Origin: Nemertoderma westbladi
Taxonomy: Eukaryota; Animalia; Xenacoelomorpha
Direction of reading: 5' to 3'
Length of the DNA: 64,000 nt
Assembly (NCBI GenBank): GCA_032718475.1
Contig: JAUCBJ010008061.1
Location: 1-64,000 of the forward strand
Shown: in pieces, positions 13,401 through 27,000 of the stretch
Position numbering within the stretch: position 1 is the first letter of the stretch
Layout of the letters: the number at the start of each line of letters is the position of its first letter
Made by a program: the position numbers and the translations under genes
Notes under the pieces: model-generated
What the model was told of the DNA's origin: nothing
Database searches by the model: none
What the model saw: the letters and a program-made list of their open reading frames with translations, nothing else

Positions 13401-15306
13401 ATGGAATTATACCTGGTTGACTGCAGATATAACCCCAATTCCGAAAAAGAACCCTAAACTGAAACAATTACCGCCCCTTCCCTGACATAGGCCTACATCA
13501 AAGTTAAATGCTGTGAGAAGCTCATCTGTTCACCACTACTAGTTAGGCCCTGTTTGCAGTAGGAAAATTGTGTACTAAAGGAAACATTTTCTGAAGTCAG
13601 ACTCGGGTTCTACACATGCAGATTGCCCGAGGTTGACATCATATGTATAGGCTGTACACTACCTATATGTAGCAATAGCAGTATTGATGTCGGTAAAGTG
13701 AAAAATTTTCTGTAGACAGACTTGGGTGCAACACATTCAGACAATCAGGCATGCAAGCAAAAATCATCAATTAAAATTTAATAAATCAACAGTTTAAAAA
13801 AATAGGCCTATCATAGCCTAATCAAGGCATTACGCATGTATGATAGTCGGTAAAGTGAAACTTTTTTAGCTGTGTGCTGATTCCATTTCGACAGCATTAT
13901 GTAGGACGGTACCGTAGTGTTTCTAGTGTACCGGTAGGTAGATAAGAGCCTATAGTTTCATTTATCATACATAAGTTTGAAATCTAGGTAAAATAATTAG
14001 CTGTAGCCTGTAGGCCTGCCTATAAAAGTAAATTGGATTTTTAAAAATTCAGATCTTCCTACCGGTAGCGGTGGGAGCTGGCTAGACACATTATTTTAGC
14101 CGTTTATTATAATTAATATTATTGTTTTTTTATTGTTTTTAAGCAATGATGGAATATTTAAACATCTGAATTTTACAGTTTGTTTATTTAATTACACCTA
14201 CCGTGGTACCGTACGGTACAATACTGCAATAATATTTTAATATTACCGGTACCGATACTCTCAAGAATGCGCTTTCGGTGAATTGTGTTCACGTTACCAG
14301 CTTACCACGCACTTTCGGTGTACAGTAGTAATGTAATAGTAAATGCAATACATGTCAGCACAGCATCTACCTACCCACCGGTAGGCATTATACCGGTGTA
14401 GCTTATAATTATATACTGTATATTATTTATTATATTGTTAAAGCACAGTGAACGGTGGTATTACTGTGGTACGTTTGAACGACACTAGCCAAACAAGCTT
14501 GAAATCAGATAATTAATGGTATAGCAGTATTGCGCGCCACCTTGAGGATTGCGCGGGTATTATTTATTAAGTTCTCTGATTGTATTATTTTAATGTAATC
14601 TATATTACAAACTAATAACGCTGTAGCGATACGTTTGTTTATTTCATATGTTGGCCCTTTTAAGAAGACTTACAGTAGTTGACCCAGAAAAAGGCCGTTT
14701 GGATTTGGTTAGGACAGGTCGAATAGACATTCAGCAAGGGTAGTAATGTTTGAAAATAGCAAGGTGATTCGAGAAAGGTTGGTCGCGATTTAAATGTCTC
14801 AAACCACGTTCCAGAATGTGCAGTTTGTTTGTGCTTATTAGCACCGGCACATCGCTAAACAAGCTGCATGAATCCCCTGTCCTTCACCAGAGTAATTTTA
14901 GATTGTGCAGTACAACCCGGAAAAGGACAAAGACGTCGGGTTGGTTGTCCATTTGGTTGTAGAGTATGGGGGAGAAGCTCCTAGCTTTGCGAAAACTCAA
15001 TAGCGCGCTCCTTGTTCTCGATCAGTTTACCAATCTCAATAAAATATTTATTCATCCATGACAGTGACAGTAACAGTAGGCCCAATACAGGAATAGTACT
15101 GTAGTGTTCTCTAGTATAATATATAATACCAATAGCATAAGACAATATCGCATTGTCAACAAGATGGCGCACAATACTGCTATACCGGTACCAATTTTTA
15201 TCAGTTTCTATCTGATTTCAGGATTATTTGGCTAGTGTGTGAAACACGAAACACTTGAGGCAATCCGAACAATCCTCTCTCTTGGCTGTAGTTGATTTAT
15301 ATAACG

Positions 15307-15437
15307 ATTATAACATTTTGTTGGGCACAGCTTTTGCAAAGTCGGCAATGACGTTCCAACCTTGAGGTCACCCGTTCGATCCCACCTGGACGTCATTGTC
15401 AACTTTGCAAAAGCTGTGCCCAACAAAAAGTTATAAT
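15307..15437. repeat. Foldback / palindromic MITE
   Basis: ~50-bp near-perfect inverted arms (TTTTGTTGGGCACAGCTTTTGCAAAGT / ACTTTGCAAAAGCTGTGCCCAACAAAA). Confidence 0.75.
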
Positions 15438-18279
15438 AATATGAAACCTGTGACGGGATCAAGGGATCCCGACCGGGTTTAGTTCCTACGTGTCACAGCA
15501 GGCTGATGGGTGGATATGGTTAAATGCAAAAGTGTTTGAGTTCTGTGTTCAACGGATAATATAATATAAATTGATGGTAGCACTGAGTAAATGAATGACC
15601 GGTAGATATTGATGATATATGTATAGCAGCACCGCAATGAAGGTCGAACTATGTTGCCGGCCTGCACTAAACTGATGACTGAGTAAACTGAATAATGGGA
15701 CCGGTAACAGCATAATATATGTGACGGGATCCGAGAGGATCCCAGTTTATCCGGCGTTGTTTATGTACGCGTCCCCGCCGTGTGAATGGAAAAGGTAATA
15801 GTTGTTCTAGTGTCGTTGTCGAACTCTGATACACGTTGAGATAATAAATGATATGAGTGATACAGATAGCACAGTAGATAACCGAGATAATAAGGTAATA
15901 TACCAGTAATATGGTGATGGTGGCGACGGTCTTAACAGTCACCATACTGCCTGACTGTACTGGGATAACTACTGAGTAAACTAACTACAATGATTACTGT
16001 ACAGGTAATATATACTGCACGGGTTGGCCTCATTGCATTACCCAGCCGGTCCCTCCCCCCCATTGGCTAATATCCCTGTTGTCGCCCTTTGCCCCCCTCT
16101 GAAGTGCTTCTCTTCGCCCTTGCTATTCTCTCTCTGTCAGGGGTGTAACCCCTGACCCCTATTGTGCGTTTCTCCTTCCCACTTTGTTGGGGTGACACGA
16201 GGTTGATATTGGTAATCAACCTCGTGTTCCCAATATTGCTTAACGGCTTACTTTATGGGTTTGTGTTAGCGGAATTGAATACGCTAACACTCCCCCCCAT
16301 GCTATCTTCCCGGTAAGAAGATAGCATCCAACTCAAGTGCGCTACAATTCCGCTGGATCCCGATCTAGTATCGGGTGTGGGGTGGGTCTATTTTCTTTCG
16401 GAGCCGGCTTTCCAGGCCGCTCCCTATGGGTATGATGTCACTACCCTCTGGCATCTCGTGTCGGGCCGATCCTGCGCTTCTCTCACACAATTTTTGTTTC
16501 CCCGGCACTCTCACCACTCTCACCCTAACTCTCGCATACTCCCGGACCTCCTCGTCCCACACTCTTCCTCTCACTTCTCCTCCCCCACACTTGAATTGCG
16601 TCCATGTTAAGACTGTGACGGGATCCGAGAGGATCCCGGTTTATCCGGCGTTGTTTATGTACGCGTCCCCGCCGTGTGAATGGAAAAGGTAATAGTTGTT
16701 CTAGTGTCGTTGTCGAACTCTGATACACGTTGAGATAATAAATGATATGAGTGATACAGATAGCACAGTAGATAACCGAGATAATAAGGTATTATACCGG
16801 TAATATGGTGACGGTGGCGACGGTCTTAACAGTCACCGTACTGCCTGACTGTACTGGGATAACTACTGAGTAAACTAACTACAATGATTACTGTACAGGT
16901 AATATATACTGCACGGGTTGGCCTCATTGCATTACCCAGCCGGTGCCTCCCCCCCATTGGCTAATATCCCTGTTGTCGCCCTTTGCCCCCCTCTGAAGTG
17001 CTTCCCTTCGCCCTTGCTATTCTCTCTCTGTCAGGGGTGTAACCCCTGACCCCTATTGTGCGTTTCTCCTTCCCACTTTGTTGGGGTGACACGAGGTTGA
17101 TATTAGTAATCAACCTCGTGTTCCCAATATTGCTTAACGGCTCACTTTATGGGGCTGGTTAGCGGAATTGAATACGCTAACACTCCCCCCCATGCTATCT
17201 TCCCGGTAAGAAGATAGCATCCACCTCAAGTGCGCTACAATTCCGCTGGATCCCGATCTAGTATCGGGTGTGGGATGGGTCTATTTTTCTTTCGGAGCCG
17301 GTTTTCCAGGCCGCTCCCTATGGGTATGATATTGCTACCCCGTCTTGGTACAACTCCACCTATTTTGTACCAAGACATCTGGCGTCCCGTGTTGGGCCGG
17401 TCGTACGCTTCTCTCACACAACTTTTGTTTCCCCAACACTTTCACCCTAACTCTTCCACACTCCCGGACCCCCTCGTCCCTCACTCTTCCTCTCACTTCT
17501 CCCCCCCCCCCACACTTGAATTGCGCCCACACTCTCTCCACACTATCTCCACACCACCTCTCGCTATCTCTCTTGCGTTCTCCTCCCATACTCTTCTCAC
17601 ATTCCTCTCATACCCTCTCATACTCCTCACTCTCCACGCCTGTGGTCCCATCAAGTGCCCCTCCTACTCGTATCCCGGTAGTGCCCATCCGCACGATTCT
17701 TATCCCGGAGGATACGAGCTTTCACACTAAATCCCGAACTCCGCCCTGTTGTTCAATGACCACACACTTATCGGGTTCCACACATGTGTGCACCATGTTA
17801 CTAGGAGCCGTCTAAGTCCCGTCCTGTCGCCCTAGTCAATTAGTCCCCAGTCCCAGTAGCTAATTGGAAAAGGTTGTGCTTGACTACGGTACATACTGTA
17901 TAATACATATATACGAGTTATTATATAATTTTTTATAATATTATAATTATTATTATTATATGTATTATATTATATGCTCGTCTACATAACGCGCTTCATC
18001 TCTACTACCCACTACTCTCTCTCTGCCTTTTTCGCCTGGCGACTTCTTCCAGTCGCTTCCCCTCCAGTCTATCCGCTTCCAACTTCTCCCAGCTCTCTTG
18101 TGTATCCACCTCCCTGTCTACTGGATGCCGGCTGTTGTATTACACCGACTCGCCCTCCAGCCCCGGGCGGTCTACCAGACCTCCGAAAGCCACCTAGAAG
18201 GCCCTTCTGTAGTTCGGAGGTGATCTTGATATTTGCCCCTATTCTGTGCTATTACCCTATCTACTTACCTACTAACTTC

Positions 18280-19010
18280 TTGTCTAACTAACTCTGCTAA
18301 CTCTAATTCTACTACTACCTCTAACTCTGCTACTAACTCTCTACTAAGTCTACTCCACTAGCTCTACTAACTCTGCTAACTCCATTTACTCTCTACTAAC
18401 TCTACTCCACTAACTCTACTAACTCTGCTAACTCCACTAGCTCTCTACTAACTCTACTCCACTAACTCTACTAACTCTGCTAACTCCACTAGCTCTCTAC
18501 TAACTCTACTGACTCTCTACCTCCACTAACTCTACTGACTCTCTAACTTTCTCAACTAACGGTACTACGTACCCTCTTACTACTTCTAACTCTCTTACTA
18601 ACGGTACTACGTACCTTCTCACTACTCTCACTAACTCCTCTACCTGCACGCGACGCTCTGAGTGCCGGCAGAGTGGGTATGTTAATTGTGTAGACTACTA
18701 CTAACTCTAGCTCCATCTACGTGGCGCTTGCGGTGCCCACAACCACAACCGGTACTACATACCCTCTTACTAACTCTACCTCCATCTACGTGGCGCTAAC
18801 GGTGCCCACAACCACAACCGGTACTACGTACCCTCTTACTAACTCTACCTCTATCTACGTGGCGCTAACGGTGCCCACAACCACAACCGGTACTACGTAC
18901 CCTCTTACTAACTCTACCTCTATCTACGTGGTGCTAACGGTGCCCACAACCACAACCGGTACTACGTACCCTCTTACTAACCTCTAACTCCCTCTAACTC
19001 TAATTAACAT
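18280..19010 (-). repeat. CTA-rich low-complexity tract and 60-bp tandem repeats with the GGTAC-N3-GTACC hairpin
   Basis: Four 60-bp units (CTACGTGGCGCT..CGGTGCCCACAACCACAACCGGTACTACGTACCCTCTTACTAA) at ~18716-18980. Confidence 0.85.
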
Positions 19011-19113
19011 ACCCTGCTCTTACATCAAACACGTCATCACGCCCGTGCCCTACTTATTCTAACGCACCCCCTGTACCCTTCTCATCTCTCCCATCTTCCT
19101 GCTCTAGCTCACC

Positions 19114-21895
19114 CTACTTGTTTCCTCTAGCTTGTTCTCTTGTTCCTGTATGTTCTTGGTTGTTTATACTGCGGATATTTTGTAATGGGGGAATGTCACC
19201 CTGTCCCCCCCCAACCAGTGTTATGTTTGGTACTGGGGTTGATGTTAATATATTGGGGCCCATCCATCTATCTGCAATATCCCCCTCAACCGGGTATATG
19301 TTATGTCCCTGTGTATTATAGTCATGCTGCTGTACCGATACAGGCCTACCCACTTCCTGCCTACCTACCGGTATGTACTCCGTGGCTTCCGGGTTTAATC
19401 CCGTCGTCCGCGCTACCCTATCGCCTATTCTATCTCTCCCAGCATGGCCTATAATAGTATGTGCAGTAAGGCCTACAGTATGTCCTGCAGTCTGCATGTG
19501 CCCTTTCGAACCGAAGTTTAATCTTCGCGAATCTCGAATCTCCCCGCGACTACCGCACCCTCGATCGGCAGCTATATCCCGTCGGGAAGCTTCTCTTCGA
19601 TCCCCTCTCCTGTTCTCGACTTTGCATTGGTACGTCCTGTACCCCTCTCTTGGCGTGTGGTGCGTTTCTCCGGGGCGACGGCAATCTCCCGAAGTTCGAC
19701 CCCACTGACTCCCTGACTCCATCTCTACTATCGATGGTCCGTTATCCATCCTCGCACTCCTATCGTTTGTGGCGACACCTTTTCTACTATCTCCTCTTCT
19801 TCTCTTTTCAGTGCAGTATTCCGGCTCGTGAGATCTCTCATCGACCTCCCGGTCAAACTCCACTGTTCTTCTTTCCTTTTCTGATCGGGCTTGACGCTTC
19901 GTCCGCCCTCTCGCGACGTCAACCTGTCTCTCTCTGCTCGATTGCACGCCGCTGGGGATACTCGCAATCCCCCTATTACTCTCCGTCGCCGGGTGTTGCG
20001 GTTTACCTAGCTCGGCCCGCGCATTATCCGCCGACGCCTGTGGGACACTCTCTGCCCCCCCTCTCTCGCTACTAATCCCTCGCGGTGGGGTGCCCGTAGC
20101 CCCCCCCCCACTCGCCACTTCTAATTTCACTATCTCTTACTACACCTTTGCGTCCCTCTTGTTGGACACTCTCTACCCCCCTTCTCTCGCCACTAATCTT
20201 TCGTGGTGGGGCTCCTGTAGCCCCCCCCCACTCGCCACTTCTAACTTCACTACCTCTTACTACACTTCTACACCCCTCTTGTTGGGCATTCTCTGCCCCC
20301 CCTCTCTCGCCACTAATCTTATGTGGTGGGGCGCCGGTAGCCCCCCCCCACTCGCCACATCTAACTTCACTATCTCTCACTTCGTCTCTACACCCCTCTC
20401 CAGTCGACGCACTGTCTCCACTACGGCTGGGTCTATTCACCCCCGCCTCTCTCTCTACTACTGCGTGGCCTATCAGGCCCACCCCGGGTTGGCTCAACCC
20501 CGCCACTTCCTGCCTACTAACTACGTGGCCTACCAGGCCCCCGTCTGCCGGGCTATACACGTCTGACACGTTCACATTAATAGCACCATTCCCAATATTA
20601 TTCGTTAAATCAATTAAATTATTATTTTCAAAATTTAAATTATTATTCGAATTATTTGAATTATTGTGAATATTTGAATTAATGTTATTATTTGAATTTG
20701 AATTTAAATTACTACTACCAGGTAAAATATTATTTGCTGCAATAAAGGGATTAGGGTTATCTACTACGGTACTATTAATATTAACTATTTCTAACGTACT
20801 ACTACTACCCCCCCCCCCCCCCCCACCCGTACGGCTACACCAGTTCTGGTTCTCTCGCCCGGTGTATGTAAGTGGGGTCTCACTCTCTGATAGTTCCAAC
20901 CGCGCCAGTTCTAGTCGGCGCTGATTCAGTTTGGCTTGATATTGCGTAAGCCACTCTAGTCGGGCACGCAAATCATCCCGCACGCGCTTACTCTCTATCT
21001 CTCTCTCCTGATCTCTACACTCCTCGGCTCTCTCTCTATCCTCCCTTTCCCACTCTCTAACACTCTGGGCTAGCTCCGCAATTTCTAAATCATACGCCAG
21101 ATTTATCTCCCGCACCCTTCTTTCTTTTGCGGAGGATGTAGCAGACTTATCGGTTGCGACGGACTCCCGTCGCCCCTCCGTCCCAACAACTTTCCCCCGC
21201 CTCCCGGGACTTCCTCCGACCGACGAGACTGAATCCTCGGGGCTAACCTCGGATTCGCCCTCCCCAGGTCTCTTCCAACCCACTAATTTTACTCCCCGGG
21301 CATCGACTGAGTATGGCCCTATGTACACTATACAAGGTAGCATACCCCTACATTCCCATAGTTCAAGCAGTTCGTTTGCAACCCCTCTCGCTCTCTCGCT
21401 GGCTAGTTCTTCCTGCCCAAAACGCTTTAGATAACCAAAATGTTTATCTGACTCACCTAGTCCCTTTGTCAACTTTACCTCGTCTATCCTCGCCCCCTCT
21501 ATGGCCTCCTTAAGTAGTTTCCGGGTCGCGTTGTAGGCCCGTCGAAGTCGATCAGAAACCCTGACGTCCTCGTCGCCGACCTCTCCTCTATCCTTCCGTG
21601 TCCGGCGTCGTACCGTCGGCCCCACCGTCGCTGTTCCGGTGGACCGTCCGTCGTCCTTGGCCTGTGGCTGGCCGGCGACATCGGTACGTCGACCCTCGCT
21701 CCGCGTCGACTCGTCTTTCTCCCTTTCGACTCCCGACTCGTCCTCTCCTTGTAGACGGCCCCCCTCATCTTGGATCGCCGGATCGTTCGTCGACGGATCC
21801 GGCGTCGTGGGTTGATACCGTCTCGCCATGGCCTCGTGGATCGTTAGATCGTCGTCCGGGGTCCGCGGCGGTGTCGCTTCTCCTTCTCGACTCAT
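19114..21895 (-). pseudogene. N-terminal gag region of element A (coiled coil, Asn-rich), stopping before the capsid
   Basis: ORFs 20072-21895 and 19114-20130 are homologous to 44464-47625; the frame changes at a G homopolymer. Confidence 0.8.
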
Positions 21896-24081
21896 CTTTA
21901 CTTTAGTAGCTGTCAGTCACAGTTCGGCAGGCCTAGTGTTAAGACTGTGACGGGATCCGAGAGGATCCCGGTTTATCCGGCGTTGTTTATGTACGCGTCC
22001 CCGCCGTGTGAATGGAAAAGGTAATAGTTGTTCTAGTGTCGTTGTCGAACTCTGATACACGTTGAGATAATAAATGATATGAGTGATACAGATAGCACAG
22101 TAGATAACCGAGATAATAAGGTAATATACCGGTAATATGGTGACGGTGGCGACGGTCTTAACAGTCACCGTACTGCCTGACTGTACTGGGATAACTACTG
22201 AGTAAACTAACTACAATGATTACTGTACAGGTAATATATACTGCACGGGTTGGCCTCATTGCATTACCCAGCCGGTGCCTCCCCCCCCATTGGCTAATAT
22301 CCCTGTTGTCGCCCTTTGCCCCCCTCTGAAGTGCTTCCCTTCGCCCTTGCTATTCTCTCTCTGTCAGGGGTGTAACCCCTGACCCCTATTGTGCGTTTCT
22401 CCTTCCCACTTTGTTGGGGTGACACGAGGTTGATATTGGTAATCAACCTCGTGTTCCCAATATTGCTTAACGGCTTACTTTATGGGTTGTGTTAGCGGAA
22501 TTGAATACGCTAACAATATATATGTGATTGCCTCTACTTTACTGTGGCCTTTGTCCAGTGGATACTTTCCCCCACTCCTATTGGCTTATAACCTACTTCA
22601 CGCCTCTCACCTCTCTGGGAGTGCTTCCCCCTGCTGTTGGCCCCTGTAGGTTACTTTCCCTCCCGAGGTGGTTTGACCTCTAACCTCCCTTTGTGTGGCT
22701 TTTGGGGTTTGTGTTATCCCCGTTATTGGGTGTGATACGAGATTGGTTGTTATCAATCTCGTATCTCCAATATTGCGGAAAAGGGCGCCACTTCCCAACT
22801 TTATGGGGGTAATGAGGCGGAATTGAATCCGCTCACACTCCCCCCCATGCTATCTTCCTGGTGAGAAGATAGCATCACCTATGAGTGCGCTTCAATTCCA
22901 CTGGAACCCGATCTACTATCGGGTGTGGGGTGGAGTTCTCTTACTTGGAGTCGGCTTTCCAGGCCGCTCCCTCTGGGTATGATATTACTACCCCCTCTTG
23001 GTGCAACCGCAACCTATGTTGCACCAAGTCATCTGGCGTCTCTGTTTGAGACAATTGTGGAATCCTCACACAATTTTAAAAACCCTCTCACTTTGAACTC
23101 TAACTTCTCACTCTAACTCCACTTACTCTCTCTAACTTCACTCTGCTCCCCCCACATTCGAATTGCACTCCTCTCACTCTCTCTCATCCTGTCAACACCT
23201 CCTCTCCATACTTCCCTGTTCTCTACCACTCCTAAAGGCGCTAAATTTCTTATGATATCATACCCTGTGCCATCATTCTATCTACCTTATCTAAATCTTA
23301 CTTCTTGCTTACTACTTACTCTACTAACTATCTTACTACTAACTCTATTCTACTAACTCTAATTATACTAGCTCTCTAACTCTAACTCTACCTCTACTAA
23401 CTCTCTTAACTCCTTAACTCTGTAACTACTAACTCTTCTAACTATGTGGTGCTTTCAGTGCCCACAACCACTCTGCTACTACCTCTATCTACGTGGCGCT
23501 TTCGGTGCCCACAACCTCTCTACCTCTATCTACGTGGCGCTTTCGGTGCCCACAACCCCTCTACTCTCTTTCTACGTGGCGCTTCCGGTGCCCACAACCT
23601 CTCTACTACTAGTTTCTACGTGGCGCTTCTGGTGCCCACAACCCCTCTGCTACTACTCGTGGCATGTCAATATACCACACTCCCTAACTTGCCTACTTCT
23701 AACTTAATGGTACCACGTACCCTCCTACTCCCGTGGTATGTTTATATACCACACTCCCTATACCCTCCGACTTCTAACTTAACGGTACCACGTACCCTTC
23801 TACTCCCGTGGTATGTTTATATACCACACTCCCTATACCCGCCGACTTCTAACTTCTTACTAACTTCTAACTTTCTTACTTCTACTTACTTTCTAGCTTC
23901 CTACTTCTTACTAACTTCTAACTAGTGCTCGCTATCTAAATCTTACTAACTTCTACTAACTTTCTGACTGCTACTTACTTTATTTTATTATTTTATTTAT
24001 TTATTTAATTATTTGTGTGTGGGAAGGGCGTCTCGCTCTCATTCCCACCCCCCTCAGTCCAAAATATTGGACGACTAATCT

Positions 24082-27000
24082 CTAAAGGTGCCCCTTCTTC
24101 CAGTAGGCAGAGGCACTCTCCCACTGCCCCCCTATACGTCCTCTTAATCTTCGCCACACTTTCTTCGCCAATTCCAACTCACCAGGAATTGGTTCTCCCT
24201 CTTCCGCCACCCTAAAATCGGGTCTCTCCGCCGCCTTCTTGACTTCCTTATCTCCTGGCAGCAAAATGCCACCCTTCATCTGGTCTTCGCCTGCCGGTAG
24301 AATGAAAAGAAATCGGAAGAATAGATAAAACAGAATGGACAATAGTAATCCTATCCCTCTCCACCCTGTCTTCTTACTCGACCTCCCCCTTGTCGGTATG
24401 CCTCTCAACCGGACCGGCGTCTCTTCCAGACACTCCTCTGGACACTTCTCCAGACACTCCTCCGGACACTCCTCCGGACTGTTGTCCTCCGGACATCTCG
24501 CCGTCCACTCCTCTCCATCCCCATACCGATACTTGCTGGGAACATCCTTGTTCCATCCCATTGTCTCTAAGTCTTCCGCATCGAATCCATTCTCCTCCGC
24601 CCACTCTCTTGCTGTTACTTCCCCTTCTAGCTTATCTACCGTCTCTGGTTTCTCCTCTGCGTCCTTAACGGTGCCTGGTAGCATGCACCCTGATGTCTCC
24701 GACACCCTGTGTGGAATCTTGGTTTTAATTGGGCCGCTAAGCGTCCATCCGAACGGCGTGAGAATCGCCGTCGGATCCCGCTAGTCTGTCTTCCCCGAAG
24801 ATCGTCTGTACTCTTTCGTGGGCCGTCGGGCAGTCCATACCCACTATGATGGATACCTTCGAGACGTCCACCTCCGGTATTGAAAAATCGATATCGTCCA
24901 GGAACCGGTACTGCTCGACCTCGATGTTAGTTGGTCTCCTGGCATTAATATTGATCGATTCTATGATCTGAATGGGGTCTATGGTCGCCCCATAGTCACA
25001 TCCCGGTGCAATCGCTGATATCTTGCACCGTCCCGTCCTCATCTCCAGGACCTCATCCTTACTTGAGACAGTAGTTACCGCCAACCTACTCGGCCTCGTC
25101 TGTAACCCTATCTCCTCGGCCACCCAATTCTCCACCAGCGTGAAGGCTGCTCCGCTGTCGACCAGCATTAATGTTGTGACTGATCGGCCGCCCCTTCCTG
25201 TTATCTTCACTGGTACTACCCCGAGTAGTACTTTCCTCTTTCTTCTTGCTCCTGTCGTGCTTGTAGCCATTGTTTGGCCTCCAGTCTCATCATCTCCTAT
25301 TGCTGTTTCTCTACACTCTCCGGATCTGTGTCCTTCTACCACGCATCGATGACATAGTCCGTTTGCGTCTGTGTAGGCTACACGATCTTGTTTGGCAACG
25401 CTTGCCAGTGCTTACAACTCATGGTCTTATGGGTTCCGTCCCTATGTAATTGACATTCGAATCCTGGATTGTAGCGTTCCCTGTATAGTCCCTCACGTAT
25501 CGCGCGTAGGTTTATATCTACCTGTTTAGTGTTTTGGTTATCTGGACTCGGCCTACTGGGTGTGTTGGGGTTATGTTTGTTTGTGATGTTATTTTCTTTC
25601 TGTCCCTGCCACGGTGTGGCCCTACTCCCAGCTAACTGTGGGCTTGTAGCCCCCTGTGTGGCCGCGTGTGGTAGCGACTGTCTTACTCTCGGGAATGGAT
25701 CTGCAGGATTGTGTTCGGGTTTAGGCCTGTTGTATTCGGTCTTCGGCGCCTTCCCCAAACTATCCTCACTATAGACTGGGTCTGTAATCAACTCTGCTTC
25801 GTAGTTGAGGAAGTTTGACATTTCCTCTAAGCCCTGGTTCCGCACCTTTCTTCTCCCGGGTGGAGAAGGCGATCTTCCTCCACTTGCTCCGTAGCCAGAT
25901 CGGCAGTGCCTGCGCTATCGTGGTGATATTATTAGATGCGTTGAGTTCGTATGGCGCGTCTAGTGTTTTCAGCACGATTAACGCCTTCTCGACCTTGTTC
26001 GCAAACGTCTTTATGCTAACAGGGTTATCTTGTAGGCCACCCGATGTTATCCCCCTTAAGGTCTGCCGGATGATCTTGGCTGGGTGTCCGTATTCCCTGT
26101 CTAGGGCCCGCCATGCAGTCGTGAAGCCGCCCTCGATGCCCTGATACTGCCTCACGATGTCGTACGCTGGGCCTCCTGTATATACCTGTAAATATTTTAG
26201 GCACTCCGCCTGCGTCAGGTTCTTACTTAATATCTCGTTGCTGTACATGCGTCGGAATTGCAGGTATTCTTCCGGCCTACTTCCGTCGAATTTAAATGGC
26301 TCTACTGGTGGTAGCTCGATCCTGGTCTTGAGTGCATCGATTAGTGTCGCCATTCCCATTGCCTGTGCTTCCAATGGGTTCGAGGGATGCTGTACAGATT
26401 CTCCTGTTGGGTGCGGTCCGCCCGTCGGGCCTGTTGACTTTACTTGCGTCGGATATATCATTGGGGGTAACGGCCCCCTCCATATTTCCGTGTCGCACGA
26501 CCTGTTCTCGTCCAGGGGGTTCGATGTTCTTATTCCTGTTTGAGTGTATTGTTGATATTGTAATGGGGGAATGTCACCCTCCCCCCCCCCCCCCCCCCCA
26601 CCGGTATTATATTTGGTACTGGGGTTGATGTTAATATATTGGGGCCCATACATCTATCTGCAATAACTCTCCCCTCCCCTGGATATATGTTATGTCCCTG
26701 CATATTATAGTCATGCTGCTGTGCTGGTACCGATATAGGCCTATCCACTTCTTGCCTACCTACCGGTATATACTCCGCGACTTCCGGATCTAATCCCATT
26801 GTTCGCGCTACCCTATCGCCTACGCTATCTCTCCCAGCATGGCCTATAGTATGTGCAGTAAGGCCTACGGTATGTCCTGCAGTCTGCATGTGCCCTTCTG
26901 GACCGAAGTTTAACCTTCTCGAATAATCCAAGAAGTCCTCCCCACGACTACCGTACTCTCGATCGGCAGCTATATCCCGCTGGAAAGCTTCCCCCCACCC

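Larger units (their letters stand above)
15720..22515 (-). mobile_element. Non-autonomous Bel/Pao element A with three LTRs (15720-16289, 16614-17182, 21946-22515)
   Basis: Three near-identical ~570-bp TG..CA repeats. TSD ATATA at 15715-19 / 22516-20. PPTs adjoin the LTRs at 16290 and 17183. Confidence 0.92.

Noticed and set aside
13400-15300. Host gene exons
   Set aside because: Only short, motif-free ORFs; nothing can be supported without transcript data.
16605-16613. TGTTAAGAC as the true LTR terminus
   Set aside because: The TSD ATATA and the third LTR place the terminus at TGTGAC (15720), so the 9-mer lies outside the LTR.
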